DNA of 64,000 nt from Oligoflexales bacterium (lineage in GTDB: Bacteria; Bdellovibrionota_B; Oligoflexia; Oligoflexales; JAPPIL01). The stretch lies in contig OZ244057.1 of the NCBI GenBank assembly GCA_965215515.1, forward strand, positions 1,312,001 to 1,376,000, read 5' to 3'. Under the pieces are notes generated by a model. It made no database searches. It worked only from the letters and a program-made list of their open reading frames with translations, and was not told the DNA's origin. The position numbers and the translations under genes are program-made. Positions within the stretch are counted from its first letter, which is position 1. Each line of letters starts with the position of its first letter. Below are positions 48,606-57,821 of this stretch, piece by piece.

Positions 48606-49226
48606 ATGATGACCGCCGCACAACTCTGTCGTGAATTCGGCATCGCCCTCAGCGGCGGCGCAGCCACAGGGAAGAGTGCCGTGAGCAAATTGCTACACCA
48701 CATGGGTTACACCGTCATAGATGCCGATATGCTGGCACGAGATGCCGTCACCCCTTCGTCACCTGCACTGGCCGAGATAGTCAACACCTTCGGCCCTGAA
48801 ATACTCCACCAAGACCAGACCCTCAACCGCCCCCGCCTGCGCAAACTCATTTTCAACGACAAAACGGCACGCCAGACACTGGAAAATATCGTGCATCCCC
48901 GCATTCGTTTCCTGCTCACCGACAAACTACGGCAGGAAGGACTGCTAGCTAACCCACGCCTGTGGTTTCAAGAAGCCGCGCTGCTGGTTGAAACGGGTAC
49001 TTACCGCCAATTCAAACAACTGTGGGTCACCCACTGTACCCCTGCAACCCAACTCGCCCGTCTCTGTGCACGCGATAACCTGTCGCCCGCACAGGCCTCC
49101 GCCATCATCGCCGCCCAACTGCCCAACAGTGCCAAACTCGCAGTCGCCGACCTGCGTATCGATACCGAGCAGGACACCGCGAGCATCGAGGAACTGCTCA
49201 CCCAACAGCTACAAAAACTCAGCTAG
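48606..49226 (+). CDS. coaE: Dephospho-CoA kinase
   Basis: GGAATGKS, IDAD, LENIVHP, LLVE and RLCARD motifs. Confidence 0.94.
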   Translation: MMTAAQLCREFGIALSGGAATGKSAVSKLLHHMGYTVIDADMLARDAVTPSSPALAEIVNTFGPEILHQDQTLNRPRLRKLIFNDKTARQTLENIVHPRIRFLLTDKLRQEGLLANPRLWFQEAALLVETGTYRQFKQLWVTHCTPATQLARLCARDNLSPAQASAIIAAQLPNSAKLAVADLRIDTEQDTASIEELLTQQLQKLS

Positions 49227-49236
49227 GCGCAGCATC

Positions 49237-50283
49237 TCAATCACATAGTCGATAAAAATTTTCTTGTGGGTCGACGGAAGTTAGGTTTTTTTCCAGATAC
49301 GACAGAAACGCCGCGGTGTTGGCGAAACCTTCCCGCGCTTCGAGACAGGCATAGACACGGGCAAATTTTTCCAGCTCAAAATTATACATTTTCGCGACCA
49401 TCACCCGTGCGTTGTTCCACGCTCGCTGACCGACAAAATCGACCACCTGAAAAACGGGCTTGGCGGCCAGAAATTTTTTAAACACCTCCTGTTTTTTTTC
49501 TAAAACGTTATCTTTCTGTTGGTAAACCTCCTGCAAAGAACTTTTTAAAGCGCTCAGCCACTGCATATACTTACGGCGATCGACCCAATACTGTTGGCGG
49601 TATGCAATCTCCTGTCCTTCCCCTCGTCCTTGCAACCACGCGGCGGTCAGACGATCGGCGACAAATTCGGCAATGCTCTCGTTGAAAGCACTGGCATCTT
49701 GCAGCCAGAAAGTGCGGTGCACCAATTCGTGGAACAACAGATGTGCCAACGATGAACGTCGTCGTGTTAACATCGTGCTGTAGATAGGGTCGGAGAACCA
49801 GCCGAGACTCGAATAGGCATCGACATCAGAACGTGCCACATCAAATCCTTGTGCTACCAACTCGGCCGCTTTTGCCTCACGTTCCGCACGGTTAAAATAA
49901 CCCCGATACGGTAACTCACCGACGACAGGATACCACCACTGTTTTAGTTCTAAACGATCGGCATACGCCGCGAAGACGACATAGGAGATGGCTTCTCGTT
50001 CGACCGCGACGTAGTGCGAATAAGCATCTTCCACCTGCAGACCTTCTCGTTTGGCGAAGGCAAGAATTTCCGCGGTCAGTTGTAATTTTTTTTTCAGTTC
50101 TGCGGGTGTATCTTGCGCGCCCAAAAGATCGTCGATGTCATCACGTGAGACGAGCAAGGCTGTTTGCTGATAGGCGAGTTTTAAAACGTAGCAACCCGAC
50201 AGAACAAAGAGGCAGAGAAGCAACCCTCCCCGACCACACCACCGTCTGGCCAGGGAAGGGATAGGGCTAACGCTTTCTTTCAC
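49237..50283 (-). CDS. Putative zinc aminopeptidase (DUF2265-type) lipoprotein
   Basis: WWYPVVGELPYRGYF, AYSSLGWFSDP, FHELVH...FNES and NNA motifs. Confidence 0.88.
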   Translation of the reverse strand: MKESVSPIPSLARRWCGRGGLLLCLFVLSGCYVLKLAYQQTALLVSRDDIDDLLGAQDTPAELKKKLQLTAEILAFAKREGLQVEDAYSHYVAVEREAISYVVFAAYADRLELKQWWYPVVGELPYRGYFNRAEREAKAAELVAQGFDVARSDVDAYSSLGWFSDPIYSTMLTRRRSSLAHLLFHELVHRTFWLQDASAFNESIAEFVADRLTAAWLQGRGEGQEIAYRQQYWVDRRKYMQWLSALKSSLQEVYQQKDNVLEKKQEVFKKFLAAKPVFQVVDFVGQRAWNNARVMVAKMYNFELEKFARVYACLEAREGFANTAAFLSYLEKNLTSVDPQENFYRLCD

Positions 50284-50287
50284 CCCA

Positions 50288-53200
50288 TTATCCCTCCTTG
50301 CCAGCAGCGGACACCGCCACGATATAGATCTGCAAAGCATGCCCGTCGATGTCAAATTGTGCGGTGAAACGATGTTGGGAAGGTGCAGTCGTTAGCAAGT
50401 TCAGAGCGGTACTCAGCGTCTCGTGGCAGATATAGCTGTGCCAAGTGCGGATAGCTGCCGCTAATTCACCTTCGGCCTGCATCGCCACCACGATACGGTC
50501 AGAGACCTGCAAAGCGCATTCTTTACGAAATTTTTGCAAACGATTGACAACTTCCCGTGCTCGTCCCTCGGCGAGCAGAGCGGCGGTCAAGTTGGTATCC
50601 ATCAATATCGTCACTTCCCCCGCACTGGCTGCAGCTGTGTTGTGGCGCGGGGTGCGTGTCAGTAAAAAATCATCGGCTGTCAACTGTTCGCCGTCCAGTG
50701 CGAACTTGTCCGCTAAGATCTGTTGCCAAAAACTACGCAGCTCTGTTTGTGAACGGTTAGCTTGTGCTAGTTTCTCTCGCAACCGCCGCAAACGTGCTCC
50801 TAACCGCGCCCCGAGTTTCTTCAGATTGGGTTTGATGTGGAGATCGACGTATTTTTCTTCTGCCGTGGAAAAATCGATGCGCTTGACGTTTAGCTCTGCC
50901 GCAATCAGCGCCGCAAAAGCATCGATGGCACTGGCATCGCTTTGTTTTGTGGTAATGACCAAGACAGAAGCTAGCGCTTGGCGTGTTTTGAGTTTTTTCT
51001 GGGCACGCAATTTGCGTCCGAGTTCGATGACCGTGCGCACCAGTGCCAGCTGTTCTTCCAGCTGCGGTTGTTGCTGAGCACTGTCGCGGCAGGGCATGTC
51101 ACACAGGTGCACCGAAGCGGGGGCGGTGTGCAGGCCTGCCGTCAAACCACGGTAGATGCTCTCGCTGATGAAAGGTGCGAAGGGGGCGAGAACTTTGCTG
51201 AAATTGAGCAAGACGTAGTACAATGTGCGGAAGGCGGCCTCGTCGATGCTTGCTCCGCCTTCCCAAAACCGACGGCGGTTAAGGCGGATATACCAGTTAG
51301 TGAGCAAATCGATAAAAGCGACCAGGTGGGGCACGGTCTGATTGAGGTGGTAAGCCTCCATCTGGCGGTGCACGTCTTGCAGCAGCGTGTGCAGTTGTGA
51401 GACGATCCAGTTATCGAGTGCGTTCGTACTGTGCGGTACGGTGGTTAACAGTGCTGCAGACGGTTGCCAGTCTTCAGCGGCGGCATAAGTGGAGAGAAAA
51501 CTCCACGCATTCCACAGCGGTAGCAGGATGGCACGGGTAGTTTCCACCACGCCTTGCTCGGCGAAACGCAAATCTTCGGCGCGCAGCAATGGCGAGTTCA
51601 GCAGGTAGAGGCGCACGCTATCTGCACCGTGCTTGTCCATCAAGCTATCGGGGGCGGTGTAGTTGCGATGTCTTTTGGACATTTTTTTGCCCTCAGCATC
51701 GAGAATCGTGCCATTGACGACAACATTCTTGAACGCGGGCTGGTCGAACAGGGCGGCGGCCAGCACATTCAAGGTGTAAAACCACCCGCGGGTTTGGTCG
51801 AGCCCTTCGGCGATAAAATCTGCTGGTGGCGGAGGTGTTTGCTGGGTAAAGGGGTAGTGCTGTTGTGCACAAGGCATCGAACCAGATTCGAACCAGCAGT
51901 CGAGCACTTCTTCCACCCGTGTCATCGGGGTATGGCACTGCGGGCAAGCGATGTGCAACTTATCGACGACGTGTTTATGCAGATCGGTAACCTGTGTGCC
52001 GCTGAGTTGTTCCAGTTCCGCCTGCGATCCGACTACGTGCATACCTGTGCAATCTGTTTGCCCGCACGTCCAGATAGGCAATGGCGTGCCCCAAAAACGA
52101 TTGCGGCTGATGGCCCAATCTTGGGCGTTTTGCAGCCAATTGCGCACCCGTCCGTGTTGAAGGTGAGGGGGTATCCAGTTGATGTTTTCGTTGTGCGCAC
52201 AGAGACGATCGCGGAATTTTGTCACCGCCACGTACCAAGCGGGCACTGCACGGTAGATCAGCGGTGCGTCGGTGCGTTCACAAAAAGGGTAACGGTGCAC
52301 GACGGTATCGTGGCGCACGATATGGCCACGTTTTTTCAGGTCGGCGATGATCACCTTATCGGCATCCTTGCAGTAGAGATTAGCTAGTGCTGGAGCGACA
52401 TGGCTGGCGAGAAAGCGACCCTCGTCGTCGAGGGGATCGAAAATATCGATCTCGTGGGCGCGGCAGACACGATAATCATCCTCGCCGAAGGCTGCTGCCA
52501 TGTGCACGATACCCGTCCCTTCAGCGTCGCTGACGAAATCAGCCGCTAGTATTTGGAACGCATTGGCAGTTGCTGCGGCACAGTCGTACAGGGGACGATA
52601 CTTGCGCCCGACGAGGGCGCGCCCCTGCATGCGTGCCTCGACTCGGTACGCATCGGCGTTGGGGTAAAATTGCTGGAGACGGGAGGCTGCCAGATAAAAG
52701 TTTTCGTTGCGCTGACGGTCGCTGATCTTCACGCAAGGCGTGTCAGGAGCGACCGCCACCGCGAGGTTAGATACCAGTGTCCAAGGGGTGGTCGTCCACA
52801 CTAAAAACGACGCGTCTTCGTCTACCGCGCGCAGTTTGACGACGATGGCGGGGTCTTGCACGTCCTTGTAGTTTTGGTTAGCTTCGAAATTGGACAGCAC
52901 CGCGGTGATGCGAGGTGAATAGGGTACGACCTTATGCCCGCGATAGAGTAAACCCTTGGCTGCTAGTGTTTTGCAGATGTGCCAGACCGACTCCATGAAC
53001 GGTAAGTCCATGGTGCGGTACTGGTCATCCCAGTCAACCCAGCGTCCCAGACGGGTGATGGTGCGTTGCCAGGCATGTGTGTAGTGCGTAACCGATGCAC
53101 GGCACAGACTGTTGAAGTGCGCAACACCCACCCGCAAGATGTCCTGTCGTCCTTTGAAGTTTTCTTGTTTTTCGACTTCGTATTCGACGGGCAGACCGTG

Positions 53201-53458
53201 ACAGTCCCAGCCGAAACGGCGTGCGACGTAGTAGCCACGCATCGTCCAGTAACGCGGTACGACATCCTTGATCGTGTTGGCCAGAATATGTCCGTAATGA
53301 GGCATACCGTTGGCAAACGGCGGCCCGTCGTAGAACAGGTATGCTTGGCTGTCACGGCGCAGATCTTGCACCCGCTGGAACAACCGTTCTCGCTGCCAAA
53401 ACTTGAGCACCTCCTCTTCCCGTGACGGAAAACTAACGGTGCTGGTGACTTTCTCCAT
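50288..53458 (-). CDS. ileS: Isoleucine--tRNA ligase (type 2)
   Basis: DGPPFANGMPHYGH, GWDCHGLP, WTTTPWTL, EGLDQTRGWFY and KMSKR. Confidence 0.97.
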   Translation of the reverse strand: MEKVTSTVSFPSREEEVLKFWQRERLFQRVQDLRRDSQAYLFYDGPPFANGMPHYGHILANTIKDVVPRYWTMRGYYVARRFGWDCHGLPVEYEVEKQENFKGRQDILRVGVAHFNSLCRASVTHYTHAWQRTITRLGRWVDWDDQYRTMDLPFMESVWHICKTLAAKGLLYRGHKVVPYSPRITAVLSNFEANQNYKDVQDPAIVVKLRAVDEDASFLVWTTTPWTLVSNLAVAVAPDTPCVKISDRQRNENFYLAASRLQQFYPNADAYRVEARMQGRALVGRKYRPLYDCAAATANAFQILAADFVSDAEGTGIVHMAAAFGEDDYRVCRAHEIDIFDPLDDEGRFLASHVAPALANLYCKDADKVIIADLKKRGHIVRHDTVVHRYPFCERTDAPLIYRAVPAWYVAVTKFRDRLCAHNENINWIPPHLQHGRVRNWLQNAQDWAISRNRFWGTPLPIWTCGQTDCTGMHVVGSQAELEQLSGTQVTDLHKHVVDKLHIACPQCHTPMTRVEEVLDCWFESGSMPCAQQHYPFTQQTPPPPADFIAEGLDQTRGWFYTLNVLAAALFDQPAFKNVVVNGTILDAEGKKMSKRHRNYTAPDSLMDKHGADSVRLYLLNSPLLRAEDLRFAEQGVVETTRAILLPLWNAWSFLSTYAAAEDWQPSAALLTTVPHSTNALDNWIVSQLHTLLQDVHRQMEAYHLNQTVPHLVAFIDLLTNWYIRLNRRRFWEGGASIDEAAFRTLYYVLLNFSKVLAPFAPFISESIYRGLTAGLHTAPASVHLCDMPCRDSAQQQPQLEEQLALVRTVIELGRKLRAQKKLKTRQALASVLVITTKQSDASAIDAFAALIAAELNVKRIDFSTAEEKYVDLHIKPNLKKLGARLGARLRRLREKLAQANRSQTELRSFWQQILADKFALDGEQLTADDFLLTRTPRHNTAAASAGEVTILMDTNLTAALLAEGRAREVVNRLQKFRKECALQVSDRIVVAMQAEGELAAAIRTWHSYICHETLSTALNLLTTAPSQHRFTAQFDIDGHALQIYIVAVSAAGKEG

Positions 53459-53551
53459 GGCCTCTCCCGTCGTGCGAGGAAGGAGCGAACGCTGAACTAT
53501 ATAGCTTGTCAACTCTCTTCGGGCAAGCGTAGAGCAGGCGATCTGGCCTTA

Positions 53552-54277
53552 TTACCGACTTAGGCGACAACGCAAGTTGAACCACACGATCCGACAAGCG
53601 ACGGCAATACCGTCACGCCAGGTAATTTTTTTGCCTTCATCGCGGGTGCGAGGATAATATGAGATGGGAAATTCCTTGATCCGAATACCTCGCATACGTG
53701 CGAGGTTAGCGATAATCTCAACGTCGATGCTGAAGCGAGAGGAGGATAAACGCAAGTTTTTAAGCACTACGGCACGAAAAAACTTGTAGCACGTTGAAGC
53801 ATCGGTGACACGCAGATCTGAGCATATATTACTCAGGAAGGTAATGGCACTATTCTTTAGGTAATGCCGCGTGCGGTGTACTTGGCAGGTAGCCTGATGG
53901 AAGCGCGAGCCAAAAGCAACGTCTAGTTGCTCTGCGATGATCGGCGCAATCAATTTAGGAATATCACGAAAATCGTATTCGAAATCGCAATCCTGAATAC
54001 CGATAATATCACCACTGGCAGCAGCGATGCCTTTACGCACACAGCTGCCTTTGCCTTCGTTTTTGTCGTTAGTAATAATCTTATGGCAACTGCGAAAGGG
54101 AAAAGACCGCAAAAGTTCTAACGAGTTGTCACTGGACTTGTCATCGATAAAAATTAGCTCTAATTCTACACCATCTAAATGCCACTCGTCTATTTTTTGC
54201 AAAAATTTTAACAGATGCTGTGCTTCGCAGTAGATTGGAATTATCAGAGTTAAACATATTTGCTGTTTTTGTTTCAT
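53552..54277 (-). CDS. Glycosyltransferase family 2 (polyprenol-phosphate sugar synthase-like)
   Basis: IIPIY, IDDKSSD, NEGKG, IQDCDFEY and EGKKITWRDG motifs. Confidence 0.9.
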   Translation of the reverse strand: MKQKQQICLTLIIPIYCEAQHLLKFLQKIDEWHLDGVELELIFIDDKSSDNSLELLRSFPFRSCHKIITNDKNEGKGSCVRKGIAAASGDIIGIQDCDFEYDFRDIPKLIAPIIAEQLDVAFGSRFHQATCQVHRTRHYLKNSAITFLSNICSDLRVTDASTCYKFFRAVVLKNLRLSSSRFSIDVEIIANLARMRGIRIKEFPISYYPRTRDEGKKITWRDGIAVACRIVWFNLRCRLSR

Positions 54278-55962
54278 GGTCTTTTCGCTCTACCGTACAA
54301 GTGCACTGCCAACGGAGGTAATACCAGCAACAGCCAGAAAAGAGCAGCCGCATTGCCCTTAGCGGTGACAATGGCACAACCACTGTGTTCGCTGCGTTGT
54401 TTGTCACTATTGGGAGGCGATGTTTCGGTCAAGCGTGCTTGTGGTTGAAAACTTTCGCAATTGAGGTCATGCAGCATGCCCCGCTCATGAAATTCACGGA
54501 TAATTGCACAGCTATGTTTTCCTTGTAACAGTGCTACATGCAGCAGCGTGAGGGCAAAGGCACGAAAATCACTATCCATTCCCAGTAGGGCAACGGTATC
54601 AAAAACAATCCGCAGCACCGTTGCGGCTGGTATATCCCACTGTGCATGCAAATCCCACAGCAAAGCTGAAATAACTTGTCCTTTGGTGTGTTGATTTTGA
54701 CTGTCCTCAAGCTGTAAATCATTATCCGCAGTGCGTAGACACTGCCCTTCAACATAGCAAGCGGGCGATTCTGGCGGACATATCGACTCACCTAGACAGC
54801 TGTCTCCGCTAGCCGCGTAGGTAAAATAATCCGCCAGCCCCTCGTGCAGGGCAATTGCTTGCTTATGGCGTGCCTTTAGGGTGCGGTAAATAACGTGGTG
54901 GGCAAATTCGTGTGCTACGACATCAAAATCCAACGGCAGGTTTTGGAGCGTATAGTTGTCACCATCGGCGATTAAAATGCGTGCCCCCCTAGTTTTGTCA
55001 GCAGGCTCATAGCTGGCATTGTTGCTCAACCGCGGTGAACTTATGTTCTGTGCGTGCACAGACAGTTGTAGAGAGTAACGATCCTGCCATTGATAGCCCA
55101 GTCTCTGGAAAAATTCTAGCATACGATTTGCAAAAACGTAAGCGGCCAGTTCCGCATAGCGTTCATCGTCCGAAGAAAATCGGATCGCCTCACTCTTTAC
55201 CTGCAATGGCTCTTTTCCGTGTGGCAGAGAATGAAAACAGCAGTTGCGTAAAAAACCAGCCGCGTTTGTATCTATCGACGTGGTCTCCCCCGCGGCGTTG
55301 ATATTAGGGTAGTAAACGAAAGCTTCCCGCGTCGCGTGCAGGTCGTTGTTGCTGAGATGATAAACTTTGTGCGCATCAGCTTGGGCAAACCACCGCCGCG
55401 TACCGTGCTTGAGTTGCATCTCCCACACCAATTGTGGCTCACCAGCAACTATTTTCCAACAGTTTTTGGCACTGAGCAACTCCGTCTTAACTAACCTGTG
55501 AGGAAAATAGCGCTCAATTTCTGCCAGCACATCATCTAGAGCGGGCAAAACATCTGTTTCACCTAGCCCAAAACGGGTCACTAACTGAGGTAGCTTGCCG
55601 TTAATATAAAAAAAATCAGTGTGTTGCAGTGCATCGATAAAATAATCATGGCATAGTTGCTTCCCGTTAAGACTAAATTGCCAACGATAACTATCAATAC
55701 CTCTGAAAGATTTTTTCGTAGCTCGTAAAGAGAGAAAAGGATGCAGTCTTTCTCGGTAAAGAAAATTTTCTAACTCGACAGCATCATGTAACCTACTATG
55801 TTCGGTTGCTGCATGAATTTCTAACTGTCCGTATTCGTATGGTGGTGTTGCCAAAAACGGCAGCTGTTGCTGGAAATAATTGGGGACAAAGGCTGAGGCT
55901 AACTCAGACATTGAGTAGGGAGATAATAAAAAAATAAAAAATAATTTTAAAATTTTCCGCAT
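54274..55962 (-). CDS. M4/M36-like (gluzincin) metallopeptidase with C-terminal TM anchor
   Basis: NNASY, DVVAHEFAH and ALHEGLADYF; propeptide-like N-terminal half. Confidence 0.82.
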   Translation of the reverse strand: MRKILKLFFIFLLSPYSMSELASAFVPNYFQQQLPFLATPPYEYGQLEIHAATEHSRLHDAVELENFLYRERLHPFLSLRATKKSFRGIDSYRWQFSLNGKQLCHDYFIDALQHTDFFYINGKLPQLVTRFGLGETDVLPALDDVLAEIERYFPHRLVKTELLSAKNCWKIVAGEPQLVWEMQLKHGTRRWFAQADAHKVYHLSNNDLHATREAFVYYPNINAAGETTSIDTNAAGFLRNCCFHSLPHGKEPLQVKSEAIRFSSDDERYAELAAYVFANRMLEFFQRLGYQWQDRYSLQLSVHAQNISSPRLSNNASYEPADKTRGARILIADGDNYTLQNLPLDFDVVAHEFAHHVIYRTLKARHKQAIALHEGLADYFTYAASGDSCLGESICPPESPACYVEGQCLRTADNDLQLEDSQNQHTKGQVISALLWDLHAQWDIPAATVLRIVFDTVALLGMDSDFRAFALTLLHVALLQGKHSCAIIREFHERGMLHDLNCESFQPQARLTETSPPNSDKQRSEHSGCAIVTAKGNAAALFWLLLVLPPLAVHLYGRAKRP

Positions 55963-56113
55963 AACCTACCTTGGTTCTCTTGCTGCATTTATCGGGAGTA
56001 AGAGGGCCGATATGTAGTAGAGAAAGCTCCCGTTTATGAGAAATTTTTGCCGTTGCTGCGCAGTGTGTGGTACGATGGGGAGGTCTATCTAGTCCTAGCT
56101 AAGGGGTGGTTTT

Positions 56114-56608
56114 ATGAAGTTTTGTCGGTGTATTGTGCTATTATTGCTAATGCAGAGTGGGGTAGTTTTAGCTGATAGTTCAGTTAGGAGAGATACTGAA
56201 GGTAGAATTGGTATGGGGCGTTATATTACGGGTGGTGTAGTGGGAACGACGTTGGGGTTTGGTATTGGGCATGCTATGCAGGAGCGGTATTGGCGTGATT
56301 ATGGTTGGGTGTTTACGGTCGGGGGTGTGCTAACGACGCTTGCTCTTGTTGCCAGTGGGCTCAGTAGTAAGTGTCGTCGTGACGATTTTGATGCTTCTCG
56401 TAATGCTTCTGAAGGGGGTAATGCTGCGTGTGTAGCTCAAAAAGAGCGTGATGGAAGGCAAGTGTTAACGGTATGGGCACTGTTCAAAGCGATAGAGGCA
56501 GTGGCAGTATGGTGGCCTCGCAATGTGAGTTTTGACGCACTTGAGACGAAAGCTCACGAAGCGAATGATGACCGTATCCCTCGTCTTGGGTGCGTGGTTC
56601 TGGGGTAG
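56114..56608 (+). CDS. Hypothetical membrane protein
   Basis: Signal peptide; GGVVGTTLGFGIGHAMQ motif; candidate promoter TTGCCG-18-TACGAT at 56047-56076. Confidence 0.7.
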   Translation: MKFCRCIVLLLLMQSGVVLADSSVRRDTEGRIGMGRYITGGVVGTTLGFGIGHAMQERYWRDYGWVFTVGGVLTTLALVASGLSSKCRRDDFDASRNASEGGNAACVAQKERDGRQVLTVWALFKAIEAVAVWWPRNVSFDALETKAHEANDDRIPRLGCVVLG

Positions 56609-56711
56609 TGCTGCCATGGGCATTGGCAACTACGCGGCGAGACATCTGCACTGGGGTTGTTATCCTTGTGCGTGTGTGCCACAATGATGGTGTTGGTTTG
56701 AGGAGAAGGTA

Positions 56712-57722
56712 GTGTCGGACAGGGACAACAGAGACGACCGTGTACCCACTGCGGCTGAGATAACGCAGCGTCTCGACCGTGTTGCCGCGCAGCAGGAGAA
56801 GACCGAGGTGCAGGTAGCTAAGAATTCTGCCGCACTGGGGGAACTGATCGAGCAGGGCAAGCGAGTCAACGAAAAGATCGACAAGCTGACCGAAAAGACC
56901 GACAGGCAAATCGCAAAAACTGACGAAAAGATCAACAAGCTGGCCGAAAAGACCAACGAAAAAATTGATAAGCTGACCGAAAAAACCGACAGGCAAATCG
57001 CAAAAACTGACGAAAAGATCAACAAGCTGGCTGAAAAAACTGACAGGCAAATCGCAAAAACTGACGAAAAGATCGGCAAGCTGGCCGAAAAAACTGACGA
57101 AAAGATCAACAAGCTGGCTGAAAAAACTGACAGGCAAATCGCAAAAACTGACGAAAAGATCAACAAGCTGGCTGAAAAAACTGACAGGCAAATCGCAAAA
57201 ACTGACGAAAAAATTGACAAGCTGACCGAAAAAACCGACAGGCAAATCGCAAAGACGGAGAAGCTGGTGGGGAGGCTGGCGAAGCAGATCGGTGGTGTGG
57301 ACAAAATTTTCGGTGACATGGCGGAATACGTATCCTTCACCAACTTGGAACGACTACTCCACGAGCAGGCTGGCATCGCCATCAAGGGTGTAACCAAGCG
57401 GTGGAGAATGACTCACGAGGGGCGTGGCTACGAATTCGATCTGATAGCACTCGGCACAGGTGTGGTAGTGGCCATCGAGGTCAAAACGACCTTACGTAGC
57501 GAGAACGTCGACAACTTCTCCTCCTCCATGCTGGAGTTTCCCGCGATTTTTCCTGAATACAGGCACAGTAACATCTACGGTGGCTTCGCCTACATGAAGG
57601 CTCAAGACGGTGCAGAGGACAGAGCACACAAGCATGGCATGCTCACTATCCGTGCCATCGGCGGGTCGACCTCACAGTTAGTCGGCTTCGACGAGGACAC
57701 TTTGCGGAACTTCAAGCACTGA
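56712..57722 (+). CDS. Coiled-coil repeat protein with C-terminal PD-(D/E)xK domain (DUF3782-like)
   Basis: Repeat stalk then YEFDLIA...AIEVKTTL...FPEY. Confidence 0.82.
   Translation: MSDRDNRDDRVPTAAEITQRLDRVAAQQEKTEVQVAKNSAALGELIEQGKRVNEKIDKLTEKTDRQIAKTDEKINKLAEKTNEKIDKLTEKTDRQIAKTDEKINKLAEKTDRQIAKTDEKIGKLAEKTDEKINKLAEKTDRQIAKTDEKINKLAEKTDRQIAKTDEKIDKLTEKTDRQIAKTEKLVGRLAKQIGGVDKIFGDMAEYVSFTNLERLLHEQAGIAIKGVTKRWRMTHEGRGYEFDLIALGTGVVVAIEVKTTLRSENVDNFSSSMLEFPAIFPEYRHSNIYGGFAYMKAQDGAEDRAHKHGMLTIRAIGGSTSQLVGFDEDTLRNFKH
56865..57254. repeat. Mixed 33-bp and 21-bp coding repeats (8 x 11 aa + 6 x 7 aa)
   Basis: TDEKINKLAEK and TDRQIAK modules, near-identical at DNA level. Confidence 0.92.
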
Positions 57723-57821
57723 GTGCCGTATAGCTTTGAGCACAGCGGTTGTGATGCGATATAGGTGCGGGGTAGTTTTTCCGCAGAAGATCAGAGGTGA
57801 GTTGCTAACTAACAGCTGGGG

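Noticed and set aside
56484..57397. Minus-strand ORFs 56484-57245 and 56660-57397
   Set aside because: Antisense shadows of the repeat region; the plus-strand protein has the recognisable domain
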